From assembly GCA_035560795.1 (NCBI GenBank), contig DATMYV010000020.1, forward strand, positions 15,152 to 79,151: 64,000 bases of DNA. Direction: 5' to 3'. Both the position numbers and the translations under genes were made by a program. Numbering within the stretch: position 1 is the stretch's first letter; each line of letters opens with the position of its first letter. The stretch is from Longilinea sp. (GTDB taxonomy: Bacteria > Chloroflexota > Anaerolineae > Anaerolineales > Anaerolineaceae). Positions 18,140-28,506 of the stretch are shown in pieces. The notes under the pieces were generated by a model. That model saw only the letters and a program-made list of their open reading frames with translations, was not told the origin of the DNA and made no database searches.

Positions 18140-19105
18140 TCAGCCGCGCTGACCTCGAATAAAGGGAATATTCAATGCCGCCGGAGTGCCAAGACGTTTC
18201 CTATTCGCTTCTTGAGAACCAATGATCAGAACGATAATCGTAAACGCATATGGGATCATCTGAAGGAAGAAGCCCAAATACGGATTGTAGTAAAAGGGAT
18301 TTGCCAAGCCAAATAAGCGGGTTGGTCCCTGAATATCGAGGATTAACCTGCGCAGTGCGCCAAACATATAGGCGCCCATTGCGCCCCGCATCGGATCCCA
18401 TTGGGCAAAAATAATCAGACCGATGGCAATCCAACCCTGACCAGCAGTGGTCAAATCACTGAACCAACCGGGAGAAATTGCCAGGCTGATGGTGCCGCCG
18501 GCCAGGCCAGCAAAAAGGCCGCCGATAAAAGTGTACAGATATCGCAGGCCATAAACACTGATCCCCAATGCATCCGCCGCCGCCGGGTATTCGCCAACCG
18601 CCCGTAAATGCATGCCGGGGCGGGTTTTGTAAATGTAATAGGATGCCAGTGGTGTGAGGATGTAGCCAAGGTAAACCAGAATGGATTGGTTGGTGAAAAA
18701 GACCGGTCCGAGGATGGGAATTTTTGTCAAGAGAGGTATTGTGATGACAGGCATCAGGGAGATGGCGCCCGCCTTGCTCAAACCTTCGCCCATCACAAGA
18801 CTCAATCCCGTTCCCAGAAAGGTAAGGGCGAGACCGCTGACGACCTGATCGGCTTGCAGCGTGATGCAGATAAAGGCATGAATCAAAGATAATAGCCCGC
18901 CGGCTAGAATTCCTGCCAGGATGCCCAGCCAGGGACTGCCGACATTGACCGTGACCAGCATGGCTGTTACGGCCCCCATCAGCATCATGCCTTCCATGCC
19001 AAGGTTTTGCACTCCAGAGCGTTCATTCAAAATTCCGCCCAAAGTAGCAAAAAGCAGTACTGTTCCTGATGCGACCCCTGCTTGTAGGATTACCAGAATA
19101 TCCAT
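18140..19105 (-). CDS. Nucleoside/purine ABC transporter permease (NupC-like)
   Basis: ERSGVQNLGMEGMMLMG, LRAVGEYPAAADALGI, GQGWIAI; BPD_transp_2 family. Confidence 0.9.
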   Translation of the reverse strand: MDILVILQAGVASGTVLLFATLGGILNERSGVQNLGMEGMMLMGAVTAMLVTVNVGSPWLGILAGILAGGLLSLIHAFICITLQADQVVSGLALTFLGTGLSLVMGEGLSKAGAISLMPVITIPLLTKIPILGPVFFTNQSILVYLGYILTPLASYYIYKTRPGMHLRAVGEYPAAADALGISVYGLRYLYTFIGGLFAGLAGGTISLAISPGWFSDLTTAGQGWIAIGLIIFAQWDPMRGAMGAYMFGALRRLILDIQGPTRLFGLANPFYYNPYLGFFLQMIPYAFTIIVLIIGSQEANRKRLGTPAALNIPFIRGQRG

Positions 19106-19106
19106 A

Positions 19107-20246
19107 TTATTCCACCTCGCTCCGGCGTATGATGCGAATTCGGTAGCGCAGCAGGAAATCGCTTGCAATCAAACAAACCAGGATGATCCCTTGAATGAGT
19201 TTTGGAATGCCTGAGGGCTGGATCTCACGACCTGCCAGGATCAATGCTCCAAATAAAATGGAGACGATTATTACAACAAAAGGATTCAGTTTTGCCAGCC
19301 AGGCGATGATAATCCCGGTGAAACCATAGCCCGGAGAAATCGAGCCTTGCAACCGGTGCACTACGCCGGTGATTTCCGACATGCCAGCCAGACCTGCCAG
19401 CGCTCCAGAAACCATCATGACGAAGATGATATTGCGTTTGATCGGGATACCGGCATATTCGGCAGCGCGAGGGTTATCCCCGATCAGGCGGATTTCATAG
19501 CCCCATTTGCTGCGGTACAGGATAAACCAGACGATCGCCGCCGCGATAATCGCAAAGATCAATCCAAGGTGCGTTGTCATCCCGCGGAAAAATGGAACTT
19601 GTGCCGCCATGTCTGCCAAGCGCGGCAGCCAGGCATTCTTGGGAAACATCTTTGACATCTGAAAGCCGCCTTCCGTCCAGATGGCAAAGATGAAGAAGTT
19701 ATTCCATGCAACTGCGATGTAGTTCAACATCAGTGTTGTGATCACTTCATTGACGTTGAACTTGGCCCGAAGAAAACCCGGGATGAAGCCCCATAATGCC
19801 CCGCCAATAATGCCAGCCAGTGCCATGGTTAGAATAAACAGCCAACGCGGCGTGTCCCCTGGAAGAATTGGGATTAACACAACCGAACTGGCAAAGAAAG
19901 CGCCGATGAAGAACTGCCCTTCAGCGCCAATATTCCAGATGCGCATGCGAAAAGCCACCGAGCAGGCCAGACCTACCAGCATCAATGGAATCGCTTTAAC
20001 CATCGTATCTGAAAATTGGCCCCAGCTGCCAAAGGCTGCTTTTCCAATGCCGGCATAGGATTTCCATGGATCGCTTCCGGCAAATGCGAGCACCAGCGCT
20101 CCGATCAACAACGCAACAACCACTGCAAATAATGAAACAACGACTGGCAGCCATTTCGGTGTTTCTTCCAGACGGGGCTCCACAACTACCGAGAAGGGCA
20201 ATTTCCGGCGCGGAGCAGCCGAGGGCAGAGATGAGGTTTCTGACAT
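19107..20246 (-). CDS. Nucleoside/purine ABC transporter permease (NupB-like)
   Basis: WNIGAEGQ, NEVITTLMLNY, GDNPRAAEYAGI, GYGFTGI. Confidence 0.9.
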   Translation of the reverse strand: MSETSSLPSAAPRRKLPFSVVVEPRLEETPKWLPVVVSLFAVVVALLIGALVLAFAGSDPWKSYAGIGKAAFGSWGQFSDTMVKAIPLMLVGLACSVAFRMRIWNIGAEGQFFIGAFFASSVVLIPILPGDTPRWLFILTMALAGIIGGALWGFIPGFLRAKFNVNEVITTLMLNYIAVAWNNFFIFAIWTEGGFQMSKMFPKNAWLPRLADMAAQVPFFRGMTTHLGLIFAIIAAAIVWFILYRSKWGYEIRLIGDNPRAAEYAGIPIKRNIIFVMMVSGALAGLAGMSEITGVVHRLQGSISPGYGFTGIIIAWLAKLNPFVVIIVSILFGALILAGREIQPSGIPKLIQGIILVCLIASDFLLRYRIRIIRRSEVE

Positions 20247-20262
20247 TGGCAATTTGCTCCTT

Positions 20263-21801
20263 TTACTCAACTTTCATCGGGGTACCGGTCATCATCAAAC
20301 CGATCTGTTCGACATTCCCATCGCAAACTTCGCCCATCATTTTGCCTTCGTAAATGACATAGATGCGGTCGCTCAGTGCCAACAATTCATCCAATTCCTC
20401 GGAAATTAACAAAACAGCTGAACCGGCCTCGCGTTGCGCCAATAACAAACGCTGAACACCTTCAATCGCGCCAACATCCAGGCCGCGGGTGGGCTGAACA
20501 GCCACCATCAATGCCGGAAGGGCTGAAATTTCGCGGGCCAGGATGACCCGCTGCAGGTTTCCACCTGAAAGCAGGCGCACAGGCGTATTAATCGAGGGTG
20601 CAATAATATCGTAGGCATCCTTTAATTCTTGCGAATTCTTTTCTGCGGCGTGCATGTTCACGAACCAGCCATTACCGATGGGCTGCCGGTTGTACTTCTT
20701 CATGATCAGGTTATCCGTCATGCTCAAATTCGGCGCTGTTCCCACATGGGCGCGGTCTTCAGGAATGTGGGACACATTATGCCGGATGCCGGATCGGGCG
20801 TCCTTGTTGGTGATATCTTCACCCTGGACCAGAATATTGCCCTGTGTGCATTTTCGTAATCCTGTCACAACCTCTGCCAGCTCGCGTTGTCCGTTCCCTG
20901 CTACGCCAGCCAGACCGACAATCTCGCCAGCCTTCACGTATAAAGATGCACCCTGGAGCGCGGGCAGGCCTTTATCATTGATTGCATGAACATCCTTTAC
21001 CTCCATGACTACCCCGCCGGGTTTTTGAGGTTTGCGTTCCAGGTCAAAAATGACATCCCGGCCGACCATCAGGCGGGCTAATTCGGGTATGGTGGTGCCT
21101 TTGGTTCGAACGCCAGCCGCGGTTACTTTTCCCCGCCGGAGCACGGTCACCTGATCCGAAATCGCCATGACCTCATTTAATTTGTGACTGATAAAAATAA
21201 TCGACTTGCCCTGATCGATCATCTTGCGCATGATGCCGAAAAGCCCATCAATTTCACTAGGGGCTAAAACTGCGGTCGGTTCATCCATGATTAATACTTC
21301 AGCGCCGCGATAGAGCATTTTCAATAATTCAACCCGCTGCTGTTCACCGACGGACAATTGCCAGATTTTGGCAGTCGGGTCAACCTCGAGACCGAAACGG
21401 TCTCCCAAATCCGCAATAATGCGGTCATATTCTTTCAGACGTAGGAAAAATTTTGGCGTATCAAGACCTAGAAGAATATTTTCGGTGACTGTTTGGGATG
21501 GCACCAACATGAAATGTTGATGGACCATGCCGATCCCGGCAGCAATCGCCTGCCGGGGGTTCGAAAATGACACCGGCTTATTATTTACTTTTATGATGCC
21601 AGCTTCTGGCCGATATAATCCAGCCAGAATGTTCATGAGGGTCGATTTTCCGGCGCCATTTTCCCCCAACAGCGCGTGAATTTCGCCTTTTCTTAGCGAA
21701 AAGTTAACATGGTCATTCGCCAGGACACCCGGAAATCGTTTGACGATTCCGTTCATGGTGACAACATTGACGAATTCAGGATTGCCGCTTTCAGAGTCCA
21801 T
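20263..21801 (-). CDS. ABC transporter ATP-binding protein, double-domain (NupA/CUT2 type)
   Basis: GENGAGKST, VHQHF, LSVGEQQR, DEPT, LSGGNLQR, QPTRGLD. Confidence 0.95.
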   Translation of the reverse strand: MDSESGNPEFVNVVTMNGIVKRFPGVLANDHVNFSLRKGEIHALLGENGAGKSTLMNILAGLYRPEAGIIKVNNKPVSFSNPRQAIAAGIGMVHQHFMLVPSQTVTENILLGLDTPKFFLRLKEYDRIIADLGDRFGLEVDPTAKIWQLSVGEQQRVELLKMLYRGAEVLIMDEPTAVLAPSEIDGLFGIMRKMIDQGKSIIFISHKLNEVMAISDQVTVLRRGKVTAAGVRTKGTTIPELARLMVGRDVIFDLERKPQKPGGVVMEVKDVHAINDKGLPALQGASLYVKAGEIVGLAGVAGNGQRELAEVVTGLRKCTQGNILVQGEDITNKDARSGIRHNVSHIPEDRAHVGTAPNLSMTDNLIMKKYNRQPIGNGWFVNMHAAEKNSQELKDAYDIIAPSINTPVRLLSGGNLQRVILAREISALPALMVAVQPTRGLDVGAIEGVQRLLLAQREAGSAVLLISEELDELLALSDRIYVIYEGKMMGEVCDGNVEQIGLMMTGTPMKVE

Positions 21802-21888
21802 GGTACCTCTATCCTCAAACAGATTCTGGCGGTTACACTAAACGGATTGCCTATCCGATGCAGGTAAACAAAACCTGCTGGTGATTTT

Positions 21889-21931
21889 CAACAAAGGGGT
21901 CAGGTCAGCTTAAAGACCTGACCCCTTGTTG
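21889..21931. terminator. Stem-loop after the BMP gene (terminator or mRNA stabiliser)
   Basis: AAGGGGTCAGGTC/GACCTGACCCCTT 13-bp stem extended by CAAC/GTTG. Confidence 0.65.
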
Positions 21932-21944
21932 TTATGCAACTAGA

Positions 21945-23207
21945 TTATTGAGGCAGTTCAGCAGTAACGCCCTCAGCCCACCAATGCATGCAGTACTTGC
22001 AAGCGAGGCCTTCAGCGCCCGGCGGGAACTGATCCAGGTCTGCCTGGACGAACTTCTCACCCGCAGGAATAACCACATTACCCTGATTATCCTTGATGGG
22101 ACCAGCGAAGACATCGAAGCGGTTCATTTCACCCGATAGGAATTTTGCCAGGGTGTCTTTCACCAACTTCAAGTCTGCAGCAGGCAGTTCAGCAGCACCC
22201 TTGGTCATGGTTTCGCCGTCCATGAAACCATAAAGACCCAGGCCGCCCGTGTTAGCATCGAAGTAATCCCAACCTACTTTGTAGGTCTTATCGATCACGC
22301 CCTGGGCGATACCGGCATAAACCTTACCCCAGTTCCAATAGATGGTTGTGAGGCAGCGTTCGGCTTTGCAGGAACCAGACCAGTCATAGGTGATGCCCCA
22401 TTTGCCCTTTTCAGTGGCAACATCAGCTGGAGCCGGGGTGTCGGCACCGGTGAACACAACCTGTGCACCGGCATCAAACAGCGAAGCGGCAGCCTGCTTT
22501 TCAACCACAGGGTCATGCCAGGTGTTGATCCACCGGACATCCATGGTGCATTCGGGGCAGGTTTTGCGCATGCCAAGAGCAAAGGCATTTCCCAATCGGA
22601 GTTCTTCTGGGATCGGGAAGGTGGCGATATATCCCAATTTCGGATTGCCATCCATCTTGGCGCGGGAACCGGCCAGCATGCCTGCCAGGTACTTCATATC
22701 TTCCATGGCGCCCATGAGGTTGCCAAAGTTTGTCCCGTTGGATTTGTAACCGCTGACATGGATGTAGGTGATGTCAGGATATTCGGTCGCAACGGTTTCC
22801 ATGGCATCCATATAACCGAAGGAAGTCCCGAAGATCAAATTGAAGCCCTTGCGGGAAAGGCTGCGGAAGACGGTCTCCGCATCCGTACCTTCGGCAACGT
22901 TCTCGATGTAGGCTACGTGCACGCCGGGAACATTATTCTGGACGTAGGTCAGGCCGTCAAAATGAGCCTGAGACCAGCCGCCGTCGTCATGCGGACCAAT
23001 GAGGACAAAAGCGACGTTAAATTTCCCTGATTCGATATCAGGAATTTGATAAGTCGCTCCTGCGGTCGTTGGGGCTACAGTTGCTTCAGCGGGAACTGCT
23101 GTCGCAGCGGGTGCAACGGTTGTCGGCGCGGTTGTCTGACAGGCAGACAAAGCCATCGCAAACACAACGAACAGGCTGATAAACAGCCACACGCGTTTTG
23201 AAGACAT
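21945..23207 (-). CDS. BMP family ABC substrate-binding lipoprotein (purine/nucleoside)
   Basis: Lipobox LSAC, Ala/Thr/Pro linker, GPHDDGGWSQAH, IFGTSFGY, YLAGMLAG. GGAGGAGG RBS before MSSKR. Confidence 0.92.
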   Translation of the reverse strand: MSSKRVWLFISLFVVFAMALSACQTTAPTTVAPAATAVPAEATVAPTTAGATYQIPDIESGKFNVAFVLIGPHDDGGWSQAHFDGLTYVQNNVPGVHVAYIENVAEGTDAETVFRSLSRKGFNLIFGTSFGYMDAMETVATEYPDITYIHVSGYKSNGTNFGNLMGAMEDMKYLAGMLAGSRAKMDGNPKLGYIATFPIPEELRLGNAFALGMRKTCPECTMDVRWINTWHDPVVEKQAAASLFDAGAQVVFTGADTPAPADVATEKGKWGITYDWSGSCKAERCLTTIYWNWGKVYAGIAQGVIDKTYKVGWDYFDANTGGLGLYGFMDGETMTKGAAELPAADLKLVKDTLAKFLSGEMNRFDVFAGPIKDNQGNVVIPAGEKFVQADLDQFPPGAEGLACKYCMHWWAEGVTAELPQ

Positions 23208-23434
23208 CTTCCTCCTCCTACTAAGTTGAACGGTTTGGAATTGGGTGATTTGGATTTTGCAAGGAAGGTTGAGGGTGTAAAACGGGCTTCCTCTTCTTCC
23301 TGATCCACATTGAAATCCAGTCTTGATCAAGACCAGGGGGGTAGAACCAAGCTGCTTAATTCTACCCCATCATTACGGATTATCTTGCCATTGTCCGGAT
23401 CGGTTTTACCCAATCCGGACAATGGCAGATTTCT

Positions 23435-24382
23435 TCAGGGAACGATCCAGGTGCCAGTCTCGCCTTTGAGGGCGCGGCTGATATTGGCGGGATCAGTGAT
23501 GAGCGCCTGTTTGCCGCCGGCTTCCAGGAAACGCAGGATAGCCTGGATTTTTGGCAGCATGCTGCCCTTGGCGAATTGTCCTTCGGCCATATACTGTTTG
23601 GCCTCGGCAACCGTCATCCGGTCCAGCCATTTCTGGTCAGGCTTATTGAAGTTAATTGCAACTTTTTCGACAGCCGTGCTGATCACAAAAAGATCAGCAT
23701 TGATCAGAGTTGCCAAAACGGAGGAGCCAAAGTCCTTGTCAATGACAGCTTCCACGCCGATTAAATCGCCGTTTTCCAGTTCAATGACCGGAATGCCGCC
23801 GCCGCCAACGCCTACAACGGTAAATCCAGCTTCGATCAGCTTGTGAATCGCTTCAGCCTCCACAATTCGCTGTGGGATGGGAGAAGCGACAACACGGCGC
23901 CAACCGCGACCGGCATCTTCCACCACCGTCCACCCTTCACTAGCCGCACGTTCTTTCGCGACCTCTTCGGTCATAAAGGAACCAATTGGTTTGGTGGGGT
24001 TCTTGAAGGCCGGATCGTTGCGGTCAACAATGGTTTGGGTCACTACCGCGGCGACCTGTTTCTCGATGCCACGAGAGCGGAATTCATTATGGAGAGCCTG
24101 CACGAACATATATCCAATTGAACCCTGGCTGTCCGCGCCGCAATAATCCAGCGGAACAGCATGCAGCTCATGCATCGAAAGTTCGGAACGCCGCAGGATA
24201 AATCCAACCTGGGGGCCATTTCCGTGCGTAACAACTACATCCCAACCCTGGGCGATCATATCCACGATATGATGCATTGATTCCGCGCCAGCGGCATATT
24301 GATCTGCGACCGTTTGATGCTTGCTATCCTTTATCAGTGAATTCCCGCCAACGGCGACTACTGCCACACCTTTTTTATCCAT
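23435..24382 (-). CDS. arcC: Carbamate kinase
   Basis: VAVGGNS, THGNGPQVG, PTKPIG, GWRRVVASP, GGGGIPV, EAVIDKD, GSMLPK. Confidence 0.96.
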   Translation of the reverse strand: MDKKGVAVVAVGGNSLIKDSKHQTVADQYAAGAESMHHIVDMIAQGWDVVVTHGNGPQVGFILRRSELSMHELHAVPLDYCGADSQGSIGYMFVQALHNEFRSRGIEKQVAAVVTQTIVDRNDPAFKNPTKPIGSFMTEEVAKERAASEGWTVVEDAGRGWRRVVASPIPQRIVEAEAIHKLIEAGFTVVGVGGGGIPVIELENGDLIGVEAVIDKDFGSSVLATLINADLFVISTAVEKVAINFNKPDQKWLDRMTVAEAKQYMAEGQFAKGSMLPKIQAILRFLEAGGKQALITDPANISRALKGETGTWIVP

Positions 24383-24410
24383 ATACAATCCTCCATAACC
24401 CATTAAAGAA

Positions 24411-25391
24411 TTAGCTCATCGTCAAAGCCATCACGGCTTCCTGCGCGTGCATGCGGTTTTCCGCTTCGTCATATACAACCGAATGCGGTCCATCCATCAC
24501 AGCGTCAGTCACTTCAATATTTCGGTCCGCTGGCAGCGGATGCATATAAATCGCGTCCGATTTTGCCAGCGCCATGCGCCGTTCGTCGGTAATCCAGCTC
24601 TCATACTTCTTGATTATCTTGGCGCCTTCTTCAGCATCTGGCGTATGAACCATTGCACCCCAGGACTTGGCGTAGACGATATCCGCATCCTTGAAGCCTT
24701 CATCCATATCCTCAACCACTTCGAACTTGGTGCCGAATTTCTTGGCCTGTTCTTCAGCCATGGCCATGATCTCGGGCATCAATTTGAATTCCGGCGGGCG
24801 GCACAATGTGACGTCCATGCCGAAGCGGGGCATCTGTAATACCAGCGATTGCGGTACGGACATGGGCTTCTGGTAGGACGCTGCATAAGCCCAGGAGACT
24901 ACCATCTTTTTCTTGCGCAGGTCGCGGCCTTTCTTTTCAATGATGGTCATCAGGTCCGCCAGGCACTGGAAGGGATGATAGACGTCGCACTGCATGTTAA
25001 GGACTGGCACGCGTGAAGCCTGTGCAACGGCATTCAAGTAACCATTGCCAATACCCCAATCTACATGGCGGATGGCAATGCCATCGAAATACCGTCCGAA
25101 GATTTCACCGATCTCTTTGGGGGTATCGCCGTGGGAGATTTGCGTGGTGCGGGATTCAATAAAGGCTGCGTGTCCGCCTAAATGAGCCATACCAGCTTCG
25201 AAAGAACCGCGAGTGCGGGTACTGCTGAAGAAGAACAACATCGCCAGCACTTTATCACGCAAGTAAGGGGTCAATTCATTCAATGCGCGTTTACGCTTGA
25301 GATCGAACGCCACTTCCAGGACGGTTTCGACTTCCTCTTTTGAGAAGTCCAGGTCGCCAATTAAATCGCGTCCATGAAGAAAAGTTTGCAT
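24411..25391 (-). CDS. YgeW-like (knotted-type) carbamoyltransferase
   Basis: STRTR carbamoyl-phosphate motif, HPFQ, HPLPA, and the SWAYAASYQKPMSVPQ segment resembling YgeW. Confidence 0.85.
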   Translation of the reverse strand: MQTFLHGRDLIGDLDFSKEEVETVLEVAFDLKRKRALNELTPYLRDKVLAMLFFFSSTRTRGSFEAGMAHLGGHAAFIESRTTQISHGDTPKEIGEIFGRYFDGIAIRHVDWGIGNGYLNAVAQASRVPVLNMQCDVYHPFQCLADLMTIIEKKGRDLRKKKMVVSWAYAASYQKPMSVPQSLVLQMPRFGMDVTLCRPPEFKLMPEIMAMAEEQAKKFGTKFEVVEDMDEGFKDADIVYAKSWGAMVHTPDAEEGAKIIKKYESWITDERRMALAKSDAIYMHPLPADRNIEVTDAVMDGPHSVVYDEAENRMHAQEAVMALTMS

Positions 25392-25467
25392 CTTATCCTC
25401 TCTTTGGTTTTCCTTCAGCACCAGGAAGATGAAAAGCCGCCATTCGCGGTGCATCTTCTTGATTGGC

Positions 25468-26418
25468 TTACTCCATGCGGCCCAGAACAAGCGCCAGCAG
25501 CGCCATCCGCATTACAACGCCGTTGAAGGCTTCCTGCCAGTATCGTGACCAGCGGGTGATGTCGACATCTGGAGGAATTTCATCCATGCGCGGGAGTGAA
25601 TGCAGCAGAATGGCATCCGACTTCGCCTTGGTGGAAAGCAATTCACGGGTGATTTTATAGTTTGCTGGGGTCATGCCGTGATCGCCAGCCTCCTGGCGAG
25701 ATTTGGTGTAATCCGGCTGAACAACCGGTTCAACCAGGATGACATCCGCATCACTGATGCATTGCTCGACATGCTCGGCTTCCTTGAAATTGAGACTGTA
25801 CTGCTTTAATTCTTCCTTAAACTCCGCCGTCAGGCTCATATCAGGCGGTGCGACATACGTTATCGGGCAATCGAACTGGGTTAATGCATACGAAAGAGAA
25901 TGCATGGTGCGCATGCGCATATCGCCAACCGCAACCCACTTCAAACCATCAATGCGGCCTTTTTCCTGTAAAACCGTGTAAAGATCGGTCAGAATCTGGG
26001 TGGGGTGTTCGCCCCAACCGTCGCCACCGTTGATGATGGGAATGCTGGCCCATTTGGCGGCTTCCATCGGCGCGCCTTGTTGGAAATGGCGCATAACAAT
26101 TACATCGCCGTAAAATTCCAGCATTTTGACCGTATCCTTGATCGACTCCTGGTAGAAGTCACCGGCGCGGGTCATTTTGGCATCCGAGAAACCGGTCACA
26201 TGGCCGCCAAGGCGGTGCATGGCCGCTTCATGGGCGAGGCGGGTGCGGGTGGACGGCTGGTAGAAAGCCGTCACAAGCGTCTTGTCAGCCAACATGGTCG
26301 AATTGCGGCGATCGCGGGCAATCGGTTCCAGTTCCTTGGCAACCTGGAAAACGCGGAAGAACTCATCTCTTTCGAAATCTTTCAACGACAGAATGTCACG
26401 ACCAGCAAAACTACGCAT
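25468..26418 (-). CDS. Aspartate carbamoyltransferase-like enzyme with altered acceptor site
   Basis: FYQPSTRTR, MRH, NGGDG..EHPTQ, HSLPR, QEAFNG..RMALL. Lacks the PyrB KGE and TRxQxER motifs. Confidence 0.85.
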   Translation of the reverse strand: MRSFAGRDILSLKDFERDEFFRVFQVAKELEPIARDRRNSTMLADKTLVTAFYQPSTRTRLAHEAAMHRLGGHVTGFSDAKMTRAGDFYQESIKDTVKMLEFYGDVIVMRHFQQGAPMEAAKWASIPIINGGDGWGEHPTQILTDLYTVLQEKGRIDGLKWVAVGDMRMRTMHSLSYALTQFDCPITYVAPPDMSLTAEFKEELKQYSLNFKEAEHVEQCISDADVILVEPVVQPDYTKSRQEAGDHGMTPANYKITRELLSTKAKSDAILLHSLPRMDEIPPDVDITRWSRYWQEAFNGVVMRMALLALVLGRME

Positions 26419-26495
26419 ACACGGCTCCTTTTTCGAGAATACAGATTTGACGGGGCCAGAACATCCTAAATTGGATGTCTTGGTCTCATAATTCA

Positions 26496-27713
26496 CTATT
26501 TGAGTTTTTCGTTCAGGATCATCGGAAACAGAGCGTAAAACTCGGTTGCTTTTACCACGTCGTCCAGAGGTACCTGTTCGATCATCATATGGGCATGATT
26601 CTCATCGCCAGGGCCAAACCCGATTGATGGGATGCCAGCCTTTCCAGCCCAGTAAGTCCCGTTGGTAGAAAAATCCCATGTACCAAGAGGACGGTCTTCA
26701 CCCCATAATGCCTTGACCGTATTCAAACCGGCGCGTACCACTGGATGGTCATCATCCAATAGCCAGGCCGGGTAATACTTTTCCACCGGGAACACAAAAC
26801 CGGTGTAGGATGGCGCGTCGTAGTACAACTCCTCAACGATAATTTCGTCCTGCAAATAATCCGGGATCAGCCCCTTGACTTGGGCAATCACATCGTCATG
26901 AGGTTCATTCGAGGTGATGCGGCGGTCAATGTAAATGGTGAACTGATCAGGAACGGCGTTCAGCGAAGCAGTCCGTGCCAACACGTCGGTCACGGCAATG
27001 GAAGGATGACCCTGGACAGGATGCTGCCCCATGCCGAAGCGCATGCGTCGATCCAGATCACGGATCTGGGCGATAATTGACGCCATCTTATACACGGCGT
27101 TATCACCCAGGTAGTGAGTGGCGGCATGCGCAGACCGGCCGCTGGCGGTGATTTTCATCTCAATTCGCCCTTTATGGCCGCGGTAGATACGCATTTTTGT
27201 GGGCTCGCCAATGACCACGAAATCCGGCCGCACTTTGGGATCAACTTCCACAAAGGTATTCGGTGCAATCCCGTCGCACCACTCTTCCATGTTGCCAAAA
27301 TAATAGGCTGTAGTGCCTTCCAGCCAGCCAAGCTGTTTGGCAAAAGCCAGTCCGTATACCATGCCCGGCGTGGACCCTTTTTCATCACAGGCGCCGCGGG
27401 CAAACAGGATGCCATTTTCCACTTTACCCTTGAAGGGATCCCATTCCCACTCGGTCGGGTCGCCAACGCCGACCGTATCGATGTGCGAGTCATACACAAT
27501 GACCCGTTTTCCGGAACCGATACGCCCGAGAATGTTGCCCATCTGATCAAAGCGGACTTCATCGAAACCCAGTTTGGTCATTTCAGCGCCAATGCGTTCG
27601 CCCACCTCCTTCAACTGGCCTTCCATGCTTGGAATGGCGCAGATGTCGCGCATGAATTGAACAATGTTTTCGCGTTTGTCTTCAACCATCTTTTTGAGTG
27701 TTAAAGTATCCAT
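26496..27713 (-). CDS. YgeY-family M20 metallohydrolase
   Basis: DSHIDTVG, RGACDEKG, MEEWCDG, GEPT, YRGHKGR, FSTNG, GFGPG..AH. GGAGG RBS before MDTL. Confidence 0.88.
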   Translation of the reverse strand: MDTLTLKKMVEDKRENIVQFMRDICAIPSMEGQLKEVGERIGAEMTKLGFDEVRFDQMGNILGRIGSGKRVIVYDSHIDTVGVGDPTEWEWDPFKGKVENGILFARGACDEKGSTPGMVYGLAFAKQLGWLEGTTAYYFGNMEEWCDGIAPNTFVEVDPKVRPDFVVIGEPTKMRIYRGHKGRIEMKITASGRSAHAATHYLGDNAVYKMASIIAQIRDLDRRMRFGMGQHPVQGHPSIAVTDVLARTASLNAVPDQFTIYIDRRITSNEPHDDVIAQVKGLIPDYLQDEIIVEELYYDAPSYTGFVFPVEKYYPAWLLDDDHPVVRAGLNTVKALWGEDRPLGTWDFSTNGTYWAGKAGIPSIGFGPGDENHAHMMIEQVPLDDVVKATEFYALFPMILNEKLK

Positions 27714-27749
27714 ATCCTCCACCATCAATTTCTCTTGTTTTGGCTTGAT

Positions 27750-28490
27750 TTAGACCCGTCGAACAACATGAAAGCGAAAATATCCTGGCAGAAAGTAAGA
27801 ATATGAGAAATCCACCACGCGTCCGTCTTTGGAAAACAGCGATGCAATAAATAGAAGCAGCACATCGCCGCGCTGAATTTGCAATGCCCGGGCAATCTCA
27901 GGGCTGGCAGCCACCGCGCGAATATCCGTTTTGGATTCAGCCAGCTGTACATGGTCGCGCCGTAGTAATTGGTCGAACACCGAGCCGGTAAATCCAGCCT
28001 GTAGATCATCTGGCAATAAGAATTCCACCGGTAATAAATCGACCAGGTAAGCAACCGGCCGTTTTTCTGCCAGGAAAATGCGGGAAACCTGTACCAACGG
28101 TGAGTCCAATGGTACCTGGAGCTTCTCAGCTTGCGTCGCGTCCGCCTTAAGGTATTCGATGTGCAAATCGACCATCGATACTTCCAATTGAATGCGCCTG
28201 GCCATCGTTTCAATGCTTTCCAGCACTTCAAGACCGGTCTCGATGACATGCGTTTGGTTAACGACGAAGGTGCCAACCCCTTGACGTCGCCGGATAAGAC
28301 CTTGTCCCTCGAATGACCGCATGGCTTCACGAAGCGTTGCCCGGGAAACGCCCAAGCGCCGGGCCAGGTCAGGTTCGGAGGGCAGTCTTTCCCCCGCCGT
28401 TGTACCTGCGATTAAAGTGGCCAGGTCGGCTTGCAGGCGCTGAAATAAAGGCTGCGGTTCACCTTCTTTCACTAATTTCGGTTTCTTCAT
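27750..28490 (-). CDS. GntR family transcriptional regulator (HutC/UTRA subfamily)
   Basis: RLPSEPDLARRLGVSRATLREA..GVGTFV wHTH, then a UTRA-type C-terminal domain. Confidence 0.93.
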   Translation of the reverse strand: MKKPKLVKEGEPQPLFQRLQADLATLIAGTTAGERLPSEPDLARRLGVSRATLREAMRSFEGQGLIRRRQGVGTFVVNQTHVIETGLEVLESIETMARRIQLEVSMVDLHIEYLKADATQAEKLQVPLDSPLVQVSRIFLAEKRPVAYLVDLLPVEFLLPDDLQAGFTGSVFDQLLRRDHVQLAESKTDIRAVAASPEIARALQIQRGDVLLLFIASLFSKDGRVVDFSYSYFLPGYFRFHVVRRV

Positions 28491-28506
28491 TACTCGATTT
28501 CCCCTC

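Noticed and set aside
25468-26418. Annotation as housekeeping pyrB
   Set aside because: The aspartate-binding motifs are replaced and the context is catabolic, so the gene symbol is withheld.
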